Origin: the human T2T-CHM13v2.0 reference genome, Homo sapiens
Assembly (NCBI RefSeq): GCF_009914755.1
Contig: NC_060931.1
Direction: 5' to 3' (one strand)
DNA length: 64,000 nt
How positions within the stretch are numbered: position 1 is the stretch's first letter; each line of letters opens with the position of its first letter. Both the position numbers and the translations under genes were made by a program. Shown piece by piece: positions 13,791 to 27,599 of the stretch. The notes beneath the pieces were generated by a model. That model ran no database searches. It was not told the origin of the DNA and saw only the letters and a list, made by a program, of their open reading frames with translations.

Positions 13791-13907
13791 CTGGGAAGAG
13801 ACATGGGCTAAGAATAAAACACTTTCCCAGAGTGTAGCAAATAATAGCAAAGTTCACCCATCAGTTCTCCTGCCTTAAGCAACTATGGGCTTTCACTCTT
13901 CAACTTT

Positions 13908-13909
13908 CT

Positions 13910-13947
<38 letters not shown>
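13908..13947. repeat. (CT)n(CA)n microsatellite
   Basis: Direct inspection. Confidence 0.9.
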
Positions 13948-14249
13948 CATGAGACCTCTTCTGAGCTCTCCTGGCAAGGTTGGGCTCCCTGCTGCCCCCA
14001 TATCCCCTCACTTACACCAAGTTCCGTCCCCCTGACTGGAATGTTTGGGGTGAGAGCCCCTCCTTTGTCCTATTTGCACCAGCGTCAGCTGAACGTGTTA
14101 GGAAGTGTGACCGCCGCCTCTCATGGACCCCAGAACAACCTCCTGTTCACACAGGGGCCCACTCCTAATCTTCTGGAGTTGGCATCATGGGAGATGACCA
14201 AACTCTCCTGAAAAGTCTTGCGCAGTACCGTGATCAATAAAACTAGGAG

Positions 14250-14420
14250 AGTATAACAGAACGCTCTGAATTTGGAGCCAGAAAACCTTGATTCAGGTCC
14301 TTCATGTGGCCTTGGGCAAATCACTTAACCTTTCTGAGCCTGTACCCTCAACCGTATCTTCCTGTTTCTTAAGATCAATGTGAGGTTTAATGATAAATAA
14401 CTCTTAAAAGGGCTTTGCAT
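14250..14420 (+). mobile_element. MIR SINE
   Basis: MIR core tgtggccttgggcaaatcacttaacctttctgagcc. Confidence 0.8.
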
Positions 14421-14789
14421 CATGCTTGGGCATTTTGGCTATTCAAGAACCTCGCGCTGCATGAAGAAAGATGCATTCTGTGCGACTCTGGAGGCTTTTC
14501 GAGCAGAGAGAAACAGCAGGTTCACAGGTAAGAACCAGGAAGGCCATGTGGGCTGGGAAGATGGTGAGGCAGCTTTGAATGCAGCAGTGGTGTGGGGGCA
14601 CAGGGTAGGGGGAGGTTAGATATGCAACTGACTTCAGAGTTTCCTTCTCAGCTTCCCTGGATGGGAGTTAGTGTTACGATCATAAGTCAGAATACAATTG
14701 GGATCATAGAAATCTCCCAATTCTAGTCACTCTGTGCTCAGGTACAACTACTTAAGCACGATCATTGTCTCGGTCCAGGACACATCCAT

Positions 14790-14985
14790 TGACACATGCA
14801 CACACACACGCCATGTGTGCACACATAGGTATATACAAGCATTACATGCACACACCCCCACATGTACATACACATATAGACACACATGCACACACCCACA
14901 TGTGCATGCACACACCCATAAACAAGCACACACGTGTGAGCACAGGCATAAACATGCATACGCTTACGCACACACATGCATACAT
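14790..14985. repeat. Degenerate (CA)n-rich repeat
   Basis: Direct inspection. Confidence 0.9.
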
Positions 14986-16089
14986 GCCCCTTAAACTCAC
15001 TGCAGAGTCTGAAGAGAGGTTGTTGACTTGAGGAGCAGCACTGTGCGTTTAAATGAGGCAAAAGAAAGTTGACCACCCCCAGCCTGACCAGGAGTTGTGG
15101 TTGGCCAGGAAAATAATATTTGGAGCTCATGAATAAAGAAGTCATGATGACTGAGATGGGGGCACTCGTCTCCACCCAAAGCACCTGCCAGGCAGTTGCA
15201 TCGCTACCTCGCCCCTGTGCCCCAGGGCTGTGAGCCCTCCTGGCTGCCAGCAGTGCCTGAACTCAGAACCAACAGGACCTTGGGGCACAGCTCCGTGGCC
15301 CTTTCAGTGACCGCCCTCTTCTTCCTCTTGCAGCCCTCGGCTTGTTCCTCCTCCTGCTCACACTTCACCCTTCACCCTGGCTGACCTGCGTGTGCCAAAC
15401 ACGGTTGTGAGCTCCCACAGAACGAGGAGAGGCAGCCCGTTCCGCTGCATCTCCCCAGGGCACCGGCAAGGACAGGCAAAGCCTCGTTGACTGAATTCAC
15501 GGAGAGCAGAGACTGCGCCCAGGCCTCGACCCCAGGACTTCTGTGTTGTGTGAGACGTGCTAGTGATGCCGCTTTAAGCTCTGCTTTGAAAATGGTCCTT
15601 TGACAGATTCTGAATGCAAGTGGCCTCCTTACGAGATCCTGCGGAATAACAAGGACAACTTATCACAACTTCCTCATTGTAAAATCCAGCTCAGATTGCA
15701 GTTGAAGATCACAAATGCTCTCTGTTTCACTTTGCGATGTTTGTGGTGTCTAATACAGCAACACAAGCCTAGGTTCCTGTGCATAGACTTCCTTATTGTT
15801 TATTTACTATCCACTTCCTCTGAGCAGGACTGATCGACTTTTCGCTTCTTAGGCCCCTGGTGGGTGGCCTAACATTGGGAACGTCTCTGGGAATCAATGG
15901 CCTCCCATGCTATTGCCCTAAGAGGAAAAACTATGGACCCATTTCCGGCTCGTGAGTTGGAAGTGGAGGTCTGCTGGCGGCCTTTGTCTCCCTGCCTTCC
16001 CCTCCTGTCACTGGCTGGAACATGTGCTTGATGCCTGGCGTTCAGCAGCCCTGTTGAAACTGTGAGGTGACTGGCAGGTGTCAGAAGGA

Positions 16090-16590
16090 AAGCAAACTGC
16101 CTAGTGACGGCAGAGGCTGCATGCACTCCACTGCCCTCTGCTCCACTGTCCACTCACCTCCGCTGGCTCTGTGCCCCAAGGCCCTGGCCTCTATGGCCGG
16201 CATCCATGGGCTTCCCTATCCTCTGGCCTCCAGGTGGATTCAGTCACAGCAGAAGCTGGGAGGGGCAGCTGGAGGTTGGAGAAACATGAGGCTAGTGTCC
16301 AGTTCCCTCCCTGGCCGAGGCAGCCGTGGAGGTGCTCCTTTCCAGGAAGCCAGCACTCCTTTCCGGTGGTCCTGCTCTGACCACGGCAGCTCGAGCTGAG
16401 CACAGAGTGACGGCTACAGCTCCCTCCACATCTGGCCTGGGGTGGGAACAGCTCCTGGATGCTTCTTCTTCCTGTGCTGGCATCCCTTAGTCCCTCCCAC
16501 CTTTTTTTTTTAATATAATAAACCTGCTTTGTTCAATCCTCCTCAACCACCCACTGAAGCAAGCCCTCCTTTCCTTGCCGGGACCCAGAG
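16090..16590 (+). mobile_element. ERVL LTR (LTR33-like), degenerate
   Basis: gctctgtgcccc...ctctggcctccaggtggattcag...ttccttgccgggaccc resembles LTR33. Confidence 0.45.
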
Positions 16591-17064
16591 AGCTGCTGGG
16601 AAAGAAAGGGTGGGCCCCCCGCAGTGTGGTCAGCACCTGGGCAGACCCCGCCCACCTTCTATGATGAAAGCCCTGGATGGATTCCTATCCCCACCCTGAG
16701 CTCCTCCCCTAACTCCCCAAAACATTGGGAAGATGGGCCTTCTGTCCTGGAAGGGCCAGTCTCCTGGGCAGAGCGCTATGCATAAGAAGGAAAGCCGTGT
16801 TACTCAATGGTTCTACTGAACCACTAAGCAACAGGGGCTCTGGGGGCACTGTGGAGATAGAGAACCCTTAGGAAGGCGATGCTGGATCCTATGGGTCTCA
16901 ACAGAGGGCCTTACGGGTAGGCCCTGTAGGAGGGACTGGGAGGCACAGGTCCCAGGAACACGTGTGCTGGGCACACGTGAGTACATGCAGGGTCACAGCT
17001 GGCAGGCAGACGGGTTGAGCCTCTCCGTGCTCCCACGGGGTCTGCATCAGATTTTGCACTTAGC

Positions 17065-17310
17065 AAGCGAATTTGCTTCCCAGGGCCACTGTAACAACCA
17101 ACCACGAATGGGAGGCTCAACACAACTGAAACGCACGTCCTCACAGTCCTGGAGGCCCGAACTCCAAAACCAAGGCGCCAGCAGGGCCACGCTTCCTCCA
17201 CGGAGCCTCGGGGAGCAGAAGGTCTTGAGACGAGACTTGCTCCCGCAACCCTTTCCCAGCTGCAGCTGCCTCTCCGCCATCTCTGCCTCCATGGCCACGC
17301 GGCATCTTCT
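17065..17310 (-). mobile_element. MLT1 LTR fragment
   Basis: cagggccactgtaacaac...ctcacagtcctggaggc...aaggcgccagcagggccacgcttcctc. Confidence 0.65.
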
Positions 17311-17473
17311 CCCTGGCATGGGCTGAACCACCGCATCTCGGGCAGGTCTGACGGCGTTTCTATCAGCACAGCCCACAATGATGGTCTTCTCCCTCGCTTC
17401 CTGATTTTGTTTGACATCCAACCTCCTCTCAGATGCTGTAAACTATAAGCTGTACCATTGTTTTATGCACTAA

Positions 17474-17993
<520 letters not shown>

Positions 17994-18177
17994 TAATCCT
18001 AAGGACTGTAGGGGGCGGGGGGCGGCATCTGCAGGGGAGAGCACTGGGAGCACGTGGCCCTGCAGGTGTGACCAGGACCCAAAGAGCTCCTGGCATATAG
18101 CAACTGCTCAAACCATGTCTGCTCAGGAACAAGCGAGTGAATAACTGTCCAAATTCTTCATTTGAGAAATAAGGCAC

Positions 18178-18520
18178 AGATATGGTTTAGCTGGGTCCCC
18201 ACCCAAATCTCACCTTGAATTATAATAACCCCCACATGTCGAGGGTGGGGCCAGGTGGAGATAATTGAATCAAGGGGTTGGTTCCCCTCACACCATTCTC
18301 ATGGTAGGGAATCAGTCTTATGGGATCTAATGGTTTTATAGAGGGGAGTTCCCCTGCACACGCTCTCTTGCTGCCACCATGTAAGATGTGACTTTGCTCC
18401 TCCTTTGCCTTCTGCCATGATTGCGAGGCCTCCCCAGACATGTCAATTAAACCTCTTTCCTTTATAAATTACCCAGTCTTGGGTATGTCTTTATTAACAT
18501 TGTGAGAACAGACTAATACA
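18178..18520 (+). mobile_element. THE1 (THE1B-like) solo LTR with 5-bp TSD
   Basis: gatatggtttagctg...gaacagactaataca; GGCAC at 18173-18177 and 18521-18525. Confidence 0.92.
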
Positions 18521-20157
18521 GGCACCTCGGCCAGAGGGGAAAAGGGCCTCTGCATAGTCACACAGCAAGGATAGCAGATCAAGACCCAGCCTGGTCTCCT
18601 GATGCCTCATCCCATGACATCTCCACCACCCCCTGCCCTGGCCTCTCATCTTTCTACCCAGGCTGAGATCACAGCTTCCACCAACAGGAACTGGGGCAGG
18701 AGCTGCAGTAGACACTGGAGCTGGCTCCATTGTGACCTCATTCATAACTTTCCTATGAAAGAAATCCAAACTTTACATCCAGAAGAGTTTCAACCCAAAG
18801 TGCTGGGTTTGCACTTAGCAGTGGAAGCCTGAATTGGATCCATTCTGTTTTCTGCTGGAAGAGGCTGATGTAAAATTATGTCTACTTTAGGTTTGATACA
18901 AAGGTGGGGTTAGAGAATGGGGAGGGAACTGTTGTTTTTCTTCTCACCCCTTTCCAAGTGGGCCCCTTTTTACAATGCGTATCGGTTTTGTGGTCTGTAC
19001 GGTGCCAATGATAACAGAACCCACTTGGTTGCATTGTGCAGAGTGGAGCTAACATACACTGAGAATTTAGGGTTGTGCCTGGCACAGAGCAAGGCCCATA
19101 TATGTGCTTGCAATGATAAATAGTAAGGAAGAATGAACCAAAGTGTTCACACGAGGAAGCTCTGACGAGAGAAAAATCCAAGCTAATGAAGACATGCAGT
19201 TAAATGAGAAGTTCAGGTCCTGAAACTGTCTCTGTTATGTCCATCAGGCAGGTTCTTAGCTGCAAGCAACAGAAACTGACTCCAGCAGATTTAAGCCAAT
19301 ATGAGACTAATTGAAAATCTCATATTGGGAGTAATTCACAGAACTGCTGGAGAACCCGGCTCAGACGTGAGTCAGAAACGAGGGAGAGGCCGAGCAGCAG
19401 CAGGACCAGGAGCCCAGCCAGGGGCCTGGGGGGCAGCAATACTGCAGCTCCAGGGCCAGCACAGGTCAGGACTGGACACGGGCCCAGTGCCACTGACCCA
19501 CTGCTCCTGAAGAGGGGATGAAGCCACCTCCGAAGCCAAGGATGCTGGCCTTTTGCCTTGTGCCACCAGCTTCCACTTTAGAGCTGGCTGTGTGTGCTGT
19601 TGGCTGAGTCTGGGTCCTGCACCTGCACCCAGCAACCAGGGCAGCTGGGAGGTCTGTATATCCCCAAGATTCACCTTGCCAGGCCGGCAGGGGGGTCAGG
19701 GGCTGGGAGCTAAACATCCAGTGTCTGCCTCATTGTATGGTCTCAAGTAGGTCGCTTTTGTTTGGTTGGTTTTTTAAGGCAGAAGAAAACGCACTGAAGA
19801 CACTCTAGACATTGTGCAATTTCATTTGGGGTTTGTTTTCTTTATTATTTTCCTTCCAAGCCCATGACAGTGCATTTGGAATGTGTTGTTTTTATGACGA
19901 TGCACAAAACAGCGATGCATAGGTTGAAGTAAGGGATGAACTCTGCCCCATTGCTTCACGGACGATGCGTGCCGACAGCACACTCTCGGTCTCCTCCAAA
20001 CATCTCCACGTGACGGCACCAGGAGTGAAGGGCAGGGCAGGGAAACAAAAGCAGAGGTCATTTTGCAGTAGGGGTGGCAGCAAATGCAAATGACCCGCGA
20101 TCTGCAGGTGGGACCACTGGCACCCAAATGTGTCACATCTATAGAAATTAAACATAA

Positions 20158-20453
20158 GCCGAGCACAGTGACTCATACCTATAATCCCAGCACTTCGAGA
20201 GGCCGAGGTGGGTGGATCTTCTGAGGTCAGGAGTTCGAGACCAGCCTGGCCAACATGGTGAAACCCCATTTCTACTAAAAATACAAAAATTAGCTGGGCG
20301 TAGTGATGGGTGCCTGTCTTTTCAGCTACTCAGGAGGCTGAGGCAGGAGAATCGTTTGAATCCAGGAGGCGGAGGTTGCAGTGAGCCAAGATTGTGACAT
20401 TGCACTCCAGCCTGGATGACAAGAGCACAACTCTGCCTCAACAATAAAAATAA
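20158..20453 (+). mobile_element. Alu (AluSq-like) with 15-bp TSD
   Basis: AGAAATTAAACATAA at 20143-20157 and 20454-20468. Confidence 0.95.
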
Positions 20454-21374
20454 AGAAATTAAACATAATGTCGAGTGTCACCAGGTACAGTCCCACATAA
20501 ACAGCCACTATTTTCCACTCATCATTCAGGTGAGAAAAACTTTTCTCTTGTCATTGCAAAACATCCGTTCTGACAAACCCAGAAGAAACTTCTTGAATTG
20601 TAGCAACTTAATGTATTTCTCAACCACAAAAAAAGAGTTCCACCTGCACGATTTGGTGTAAATGTAAATAATGCCAGAAAAACACAGGGTGACAAGGAAC
20701 AGAGGAAGCCACAATTTCTTATCAGTTTCTTCCACTGATAGGCCTGACTTTTGATCTCATTGATTATCAACCCCAATACACACATGGAGAATAATGTATC
20801 AGTAGAGTTTTTATAGCAACAGAATTGGCCTTCAATGATCATCATAGAAGAGAGCAATTATAGAAATAATTTTAAGGTAATTTCATGATATTTATTTTTT
20901 CAGCAAAGTATGTAAGTGTCCTTATCCCTCAATGGATTATGGATGTACTTACAGTGTCAGAAATCAAAAGGACAAAATAAAACAAATGTCACACTGGGTC
21001 AAAACCATCATTCTGTCTTTGATGGGAGTCCCAGGGGATATTTCTTAGAAGAATATGATGTCATTACGGAGGCTAAGGCTGCACTCCAGATATTCAGTTT
21101 TCTATCAGATATGGATTTATTTAAAACTTTCTTGAATGAACTTATTTTTCTTACTTTACGTAACAAGGTCAAAAAGGTAAACCTCTCAGTGTAAAGAGGT
21201 GTAAAACCTTTTTCAAGAGTGAATACATTCCTGTCTTAAAGAAAAAATGAATTAACAATCGATCCCACTCTCAAAGGAAATGATAAAGCTATACTTCATT
21301 CAAATGGAAAAGTTGGCCAGGTGTCGCGGCTCCCACACGTAATCCCAGCACTTCTGGGAGGCCAAGGCGAGCCC

Positions 21375-22215
21375 CCATTTTGGGTGTGGGCAGGACTGAG
21401 AGTCCCTTCCACATCATGGAGTCCGGGAAGAGCCAGTAGTGACTTTACAGTTCACAGTGGGGACTCTGCCAAACGCTGCCTTCCCAAGTGGTAAAGGCCA
21501 GGTTCAGCCGGGATTGATGTTGTGGGTACCAGGACCCCTGGATACTGGGGGATGAGAGGGAACCTCACCTCTGTAGTTTTCAAAACTCCCACAACCCCAG
21601 TCTAACGGTGAGAGAAATGTCAGACACTCCCAGTTGCAGGACATTCTATGACACACCTGCCCTGTCCTCCTGAAAACTGCCAAGGTCCTGAAACACAAGG
21701 GAAGCCCAAGCACCTGCCCCAGAGCAGAGGTGACCAGGGAGACACAGGACTCCTCCTGGACGGAATCCTGGAACAGAAAAATCCGGGCAACCCAAACACT
21801 GCCTAGAGTGCAGATGACCGCATGCACCAATATTGGCTTCATAGTTTTAACAAATGTGCTATGTCGCAGTGGGTCATGCCTCTCATCACAGCACTTTAGG
21901 AGGATCACGTGAGCCTAGGAGCTCAAGACTAGCCTGGGCAATATAGTGAGACCTCATCTCTACAAAAAATCTTTTAAAAATTAGCTGAGCGTGGTGGCAT
22001 GCCCCTGTAGTCTCAGCTACTTAGGAGGCTGAGGTAGGAGGATCACCTGAGTCTTGGAGGTCGAGGCTGCAGTGAGCCATGATTGTGCTACTGCACTCCA
22101 GCCTGGGTGATAGAGCTAGATCCTATCTCAGAAAAAAAAAAAAAAAAAAAAGATAACATCAGGGGAAACCGAAGACATATCTTTTCAACTTTTCTGTAAA
22201 TCTAAAGCTATCTCA
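21375..22215 (+). mobile_element. Old L1M (L1MC/MD-like) 3' UTR fragment interrupted by an Alu
   Basis: cacctctgtagtttt...aaccccagtctaa...aaactgccaaggtc; resumes after the Alu as caacttttctgtaaatctaaa. Confidence 0.65.
21860..22151 (+). mobile_element. Alu (AluJ-like)
   Basis: Dimeric Alu with poly(A) tail. Confidence 0.9.
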
Positions 22216-23051
22216 AAATGAAAAGATTTCTTAAACACTATGAGAGGAAGAAAAATAGATTACTACAAAGGAACAAAATTAGACTGAATTCCTGTCCATA
22301 GGAACAAAAAGATGACAACATAATGTATTCAGAGATGTGAGGGGAAATAGCTACAAGCCCCTAATGTTGCACCCAGCTGAATTCGCACGCACGTGATGGC
22401 AAGACTAAAAAGATTTTCAGACGTCTGAAAACCCTGAGGGTTTATCACCTATGGCTGCTCTCTGAAATAACAAAGGATGCATTTGACCAAAATAAGCAAC
22501 AACCCAAAGTGAGGGATGAGGCACAGTATGTTGACAAATGTGATTAAAGATTGGCTGTGAAAAATAGCACGAGCCAATTAATAGTGCTTGTTAAAAATGA
22601 TATAAACTTGCACCTGGTCAACAACAGAGGAGGGGGTTGCTCCCTGCCGCGAGGGAGTGGGCTGAGGTCCTTGGAGTATCTTGGAGGAGGCCTGGATGGT
22701 GCACGTTCTGGTCACCCCGCCCCTCTGACCAGAGCAGCTCTTTCCTAGCTCGGCTCTACCTGTGACACGTGCTGATTCGGGACCACAGAATCCTCAGATA
22801 CAGGAGCAAGCTGCTGTTTCAAGCTGCCATTGGCTTCTGGTTCAGCTGGTATCACTGTTAAAGCAGAATTCCTACTGTAAAAAGTCTGACCTTTGTGGGG
22901 AATGGACAGGGGTGGACCAGGGAGGACCGTGCATGGTTCCTCGGTTACTCAACGCTGAAGCTCAGCTTACCCTCTGCAATGGAGAGATGGAGGCTCCGGG
23001 GGCCTATCCGCTCTGCCTGAGGATGTGGAAGGCTGCCCCCACCCTGACTGT

Positions 23052-23470
23052 GTGTCATAGTTTGTTTTATGCTGTTCTAACAGAATATCTAGGACTGGGT
23101 AATTTATAAAAAACAGAGATTTGTTTCTTACAGCTCTGAGGGCTGGGAAGTCCAAGGCTGAGGGTCTCATGATTTTTGGGGGCCTTCTTGCTGCATCATC
23201 CCACGAGCAGAAGGCAGAAGGCAGAAGGCAAGAGGGCATAAGAGAGAGATGGAGAGAGGGAGCTGAACTGGCTTTTATAACGAACTCACTCCCACGTAGC
23301 ATACACACTCCCCCAGGGCTGAATCCACTCTCTTGATGAGGACATTAATCCAATCTCAAGGGTAACGTCTTATGACCTAATCACCTCTTAAATGTTCCAC
23401 CTCTCAACAACGTTGCCCTGGGGCTTAGGTTTCCAACATATGAGCTTTGGGAGACACATTCAAACCACAG
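23052..23470 (-). mobile_element. MaLR LTR (MST-like)
   Basis: ctgggtaatttataaaaaacagag...gctgggaagtccaagg...acacattcaaaccacag. Confidence 0.8.
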
Positions 23471-23572
23471 TCCAGTGTCATATTGATTGGGGGAAAGAGG
23501 CCAGGTGAGCTTCAAGGGTCCAGGGCCGGGGGAGAATGCCCAAAGTCTTGCCTTTTTTTTTTTTTTTTTTTG

Positions 23573-23744
23573 CTCCTCAGCTTATGTTTTCTTTTTCGCA
23601 ATGTAATTCCTTTCAATTTCCCATAAACTCCTCAGCTTATGTTTTCTTTTTCACAATGTAATTCCTTTCAATTTCCCATAAACTCCTCAGCTTATATTTT
23701 CTTTTTCACAATGTAATTCCTTTCAATTTCCCATAAACTCTCAG
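23573..23744. repeat. 55-bp tandem repeat, about 3.1 copies
   Basis: Units start at 23573, 23628 and 23683 and are nearly identical. Confidence 0.95.
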
Positions 23745-24004
23745 TAAAAATGTCTTATCTGTGAAAACCTGGGTGTGCTGTGTTTTCAGGAGTTAAGACA
23801 GGGGTGGGCTTGGTGAGGTGTGGGGTGAGAGGCCTTTTGAGGGTGACAAGCCCAGCCGGCAGCAGGGAGGGGTCCTGGAACAGGTACATCTTCCCTGAGA
23901 ATGGGCAGAAATATTTGCAGAAGGAACCCTGGTCAAAGGCTGCACCTCCCTTATTCATGAAAGAGGGTCTGGATGAGGTCATAAGGCAAGTTGAGAAAAT
24001 GATC

Positions 24005-24142
24005 GGCCAGGCACGGTGGCTCACACCTGTAATCCCAGCACTTTAGGAGGCTGAGGTGGAAGGATCACTTGAGCCCAGGAGTTTGAGACCAGCCTGGGCA
24101 ATATAGTGAGAAACCCGCCTCTACAAAAAATAAACAAATAAA
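24005..24142 (+). mobile_element. Alu monomer (FLAM-like)
   Basis: Single left-arm Alu with A-rich tail. Confidence 0.85.
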
Positions 24143-25127
24143 ATGGTGGCAGGAGGGCTGGGGAATGTGGGTATGTGGATCATTTACGAAACAGGTGTCA
24201 GTTAGCATTTCATTAGAAAAAAAGGTTTCCTAAGTTTACTTTTTAAACATGTAAACTCCTGCTAAGATTATTTCTTAAAGCACATGAATGGATTCAGCCC
24301 TGGAGAGAATCCCAAGCTGGCTGGAAGGAGGAAAAAAATATTTTTGAGAGCTAAAAGTGCCAGAAAGATTGAGAAACTTTTTTTTGCTTTCCCTCCCAAA
24401 CAACATTTCAGGTGGAACAGTGTTTTTCCACTTGGTCTTTCCCTTCTTTCTTCTAAACAAAAACGAGCTTTTAAATTGATGACACTCGATATAGAATCAA
24501 GACAACAGAAGTTGATCCTATGCCAGCAAATATGTTCTGGAACACTCAAAGCTTTGGAAAATAAATCAGTATTTTGCTTTTCTCAGTTGAGGTTAGGAAG
24601 GGAGAACACTTTGTTAAAATGTCAGTAACATCTGTGTTGCAAGGCAGTCACTGACACCAAACACCACTGTGTTGTTGACATCAAACCCCACGCCTGGAGT
24701 CCTATGTGCCTCCATCTGTGCCAACCAATGCTTCCCTGCCTGCAACAACCAGCATGTCAAAGACCTGTCCACTGAGAAAGCATTCAAATTTGGGGCATCG
24801 ATCTATGAACACATCATCAGCCCTCAAATCCTGGGCCTGAAGGACTATGGAAAGGGAAAGAGGAATCCTGTCTGTCTCCCATTCCTGTGGTCCAGTTGGC
24901 CCCACCTAACACTGGTTTGGAGCAAAGCAACTCCAAGCTCCAGGGAGTAGTGAGCATCATTGAAGGAGGAATTTTGAGCACCTTTTTGTGCCAGGTATGG
25001 TGGGCAACCCAAAGATGACTAGGACATAAATTCAGCCTTCAAAGGATTTATAGTTCAGCAGGGAGGTTCACAAATATTACTAATACCAGTTAATGAGCCT
25101 GTAAGAATCAAAAGAAGTGTAGTAGCA

Positions 25128-25425
25128 GGCCAGGCTCAGTGGTGCACGCCTGTAATCAAAGCATTTTGGGAGGCCGAGGCGGGCAGACTGCTTGAGCCCA
25201 GAAGTTTGAAACCAGCCTGGGCACCATGGCAAGACCCCGTCACTATAAAGGATACAAAAATTAGCCAGGTGTGGTGATGCACGCCTGTAGTCCCAGCTAC
25301 TGGGGGGGCTGAGGTGGGAGGATGACCTGAGCCTGGGAGGTTGAGGTTGCAGTGAGTCGAAATTGCGCCACTGCACTACGACCCCAGGCAACAGAGTAAG
25401 ACCCTGTCTTGAAAAAAAAAAAAAA
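25128..25425 (+). mobile_element. Alu (AluJ-like)
   Basis: Dimeric Alu; TSD aagtgt(a/g)gtagca. Confidence 0.92.
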
Positions 25426-26071
25426 GTGTGGTAGCAACCATGAGTGGGAAAAACTGTCTCCTTCCAAGGAGACCAGGGTAGGGCAGTTGAGCTGCACCAC
25501 GGATAATGTCGCAGTTCTCTCGAGCCTCATTTCTAGAAACACAATTTTAAATTAATAAATGCTAATTAAATCAAATTTTTGCTTAGTAACATATCACAGT
25601 ACATAGGAAACTGGGCACACATCTATCCTAATATTTAATGCCTTATGATCACTAAGCGTTTCCTGAAGCGATTCCTTTAAGTGAGCTCCCTGAGAGCAGA
25701 AACTGAGCATCGGATGCAGCGTCTAGCCCAATAATGTGCCGACGGAGTGTTTGATTATCTTCTGTCATAAGCACGTCACATGATGCAGATGCTCCATGGT
25801 TCAAGGGCTCTCCTGATTTCCCAGTTCACAAGGAAATACATTACAGATAAGGATTTTTAAAATCGTCTCCCAAACTGGCTTACCAACGTCTGAAGGAAAG
25901 AGATCCAGGGAAAAGGGAGAGGAGGCGGAGAGGAGACAGCATGATGTATGTTTCTGAATGAATGTTTTTCCGTAGAAGTCTATGCTGACTGAAATCGTGC
26001 TCACGTTCTCATGGGAGACAAAGAAAACACACAAGGCAGGTTGCGTCATTTGTGACACGGGTTTCCTTAAA

Positions 26072-26235
26072 GCCCACTTCTCAAAGTGGGGTCCACAGGC
26101 CCACAGCTTCAGCCTCACCTTGGAGCTTGCTGGAAATGCAGAAGCCTGGGCCCCACTCCTGACCTGCTCACCTGCAGAATCTGGGTACCGAGGCCCCAGG
26201 GGCTGTGAAGGCACGATTCGGTTTGAGCATCAGCT
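26072..26235. mobile_element. MER5A-like hAT fossil
   Basis: ttctcaaagtggggtcc...cacctt..gagcttgctggaaatgcaga...gaatctg. Confidence 0.75.
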
Positions 26236-27599
26236 TCCACTTGCAGATGCCACCGTATCTTAACACATGTTCAAAGAAGCTGAGGGGATTGCAGACAGCC
26301 ACCTGCCTCCAAGTGTACTGCCCCACAGCCATCCAAAATGACAACCCTGCAGGCTACTTGCAGTGGCCGGTGAAGCCCAAATCTCTGGGAAGAGGGCCTC
26401 CTTGGCCATATCCCAAAAGGTTGACTTTCTTTAACTTGCTGCTGTTGGACCTCTCTCAGTTCGGGAAAGGAATACTGCAGGATAAATCAATAATGCTGAG
26501 CCAAACAAATACTCCTGACGCAGTCACCACAGGTCATGACCAGAGAGGACAGGAACAGGGAAGCCTTCCAAACCCAGCAGGGAGGACAGTCCGCACCCTC
26601 CAGCCTCGCCTTGAAGGACCTGGTGCCTGCAAAGCCATCACAGCTGATCGAGTAAATCTGCTCTGCTGTGTTTGAATACCTTTAATTGCTGTAACCACAA
26701 TTTTACCTTGAGAGAAGGCAGAATGGGGGATGGGGAACTGCAGAAAGCTAGCAGGAGGGGAGGGCCGAGCAGGTTCCGGGGTCTCCAGGCTGTCTGCAGG
26801 CACTGCCTCCCCGGGCCGCAGGACTGTTCTGTGAGCTGGGGATGACTCCTTTCTCCCTTTACTCAATCACGGGAGCACTGAGGCACTGGAGATGAAACCA
26901 CTTCCCAAAGGTGCTTGAAGGCGGAGCCAGTGCTTTGTACCTGGATTTACTTTCTATGGTTACAACAATTCCACGAAGAGGGTGGGGAGCGGGTAAGCTA
27001 GTGAGGGAATCTAGCTGCCACAGATGTTAAGTTCCGCACAAAAGGACTTAGTGTGTTTCCTACGCAAGCACAAGATTATGAAAATATTTCCAGCCTTATT
27101 CAAATTTCCTCAATATGCTTTCAAGGGAAATGGTTTTACTTAGATAATTCTTCAAAGACTTTATGCAATAAAACTGTATACCTCATACCTTTTTGTAAAA
27201 ATGGTTAAAATATCCAAAGCCCAGAATGAGTATCCAATTCCTGGAGGTGGAAATGGTCCTAAACATTATCTGATGACTTTTTAAACTGTCTACTGACTTT
27301 TAAGGAAACTGTAGTTCAACGAAGTGTATGACTTATTCCAGGTCACGAATTGAGTGGCCAAGTCACAACCGGAACTCAGAACCTCTGACTCACGGGCCAC
27401 ATTCTGCCACACACACTGCAACTGGAATTAAAGTCAGGATTTCTGATCACAGCAGGGGAAAAGGGGTTTTCTCTTGGTTTGTAGACAGTTCTGCAGAGCG
27501 TGCATAGCTGGGTGTCGACTAGGACCCCTGTACTAACACCCCAGCCCTGTGCACCCGGCAGCCCTCCGAGGAAGTTGGCCCAGGGTCTGCCTGCTTCTC

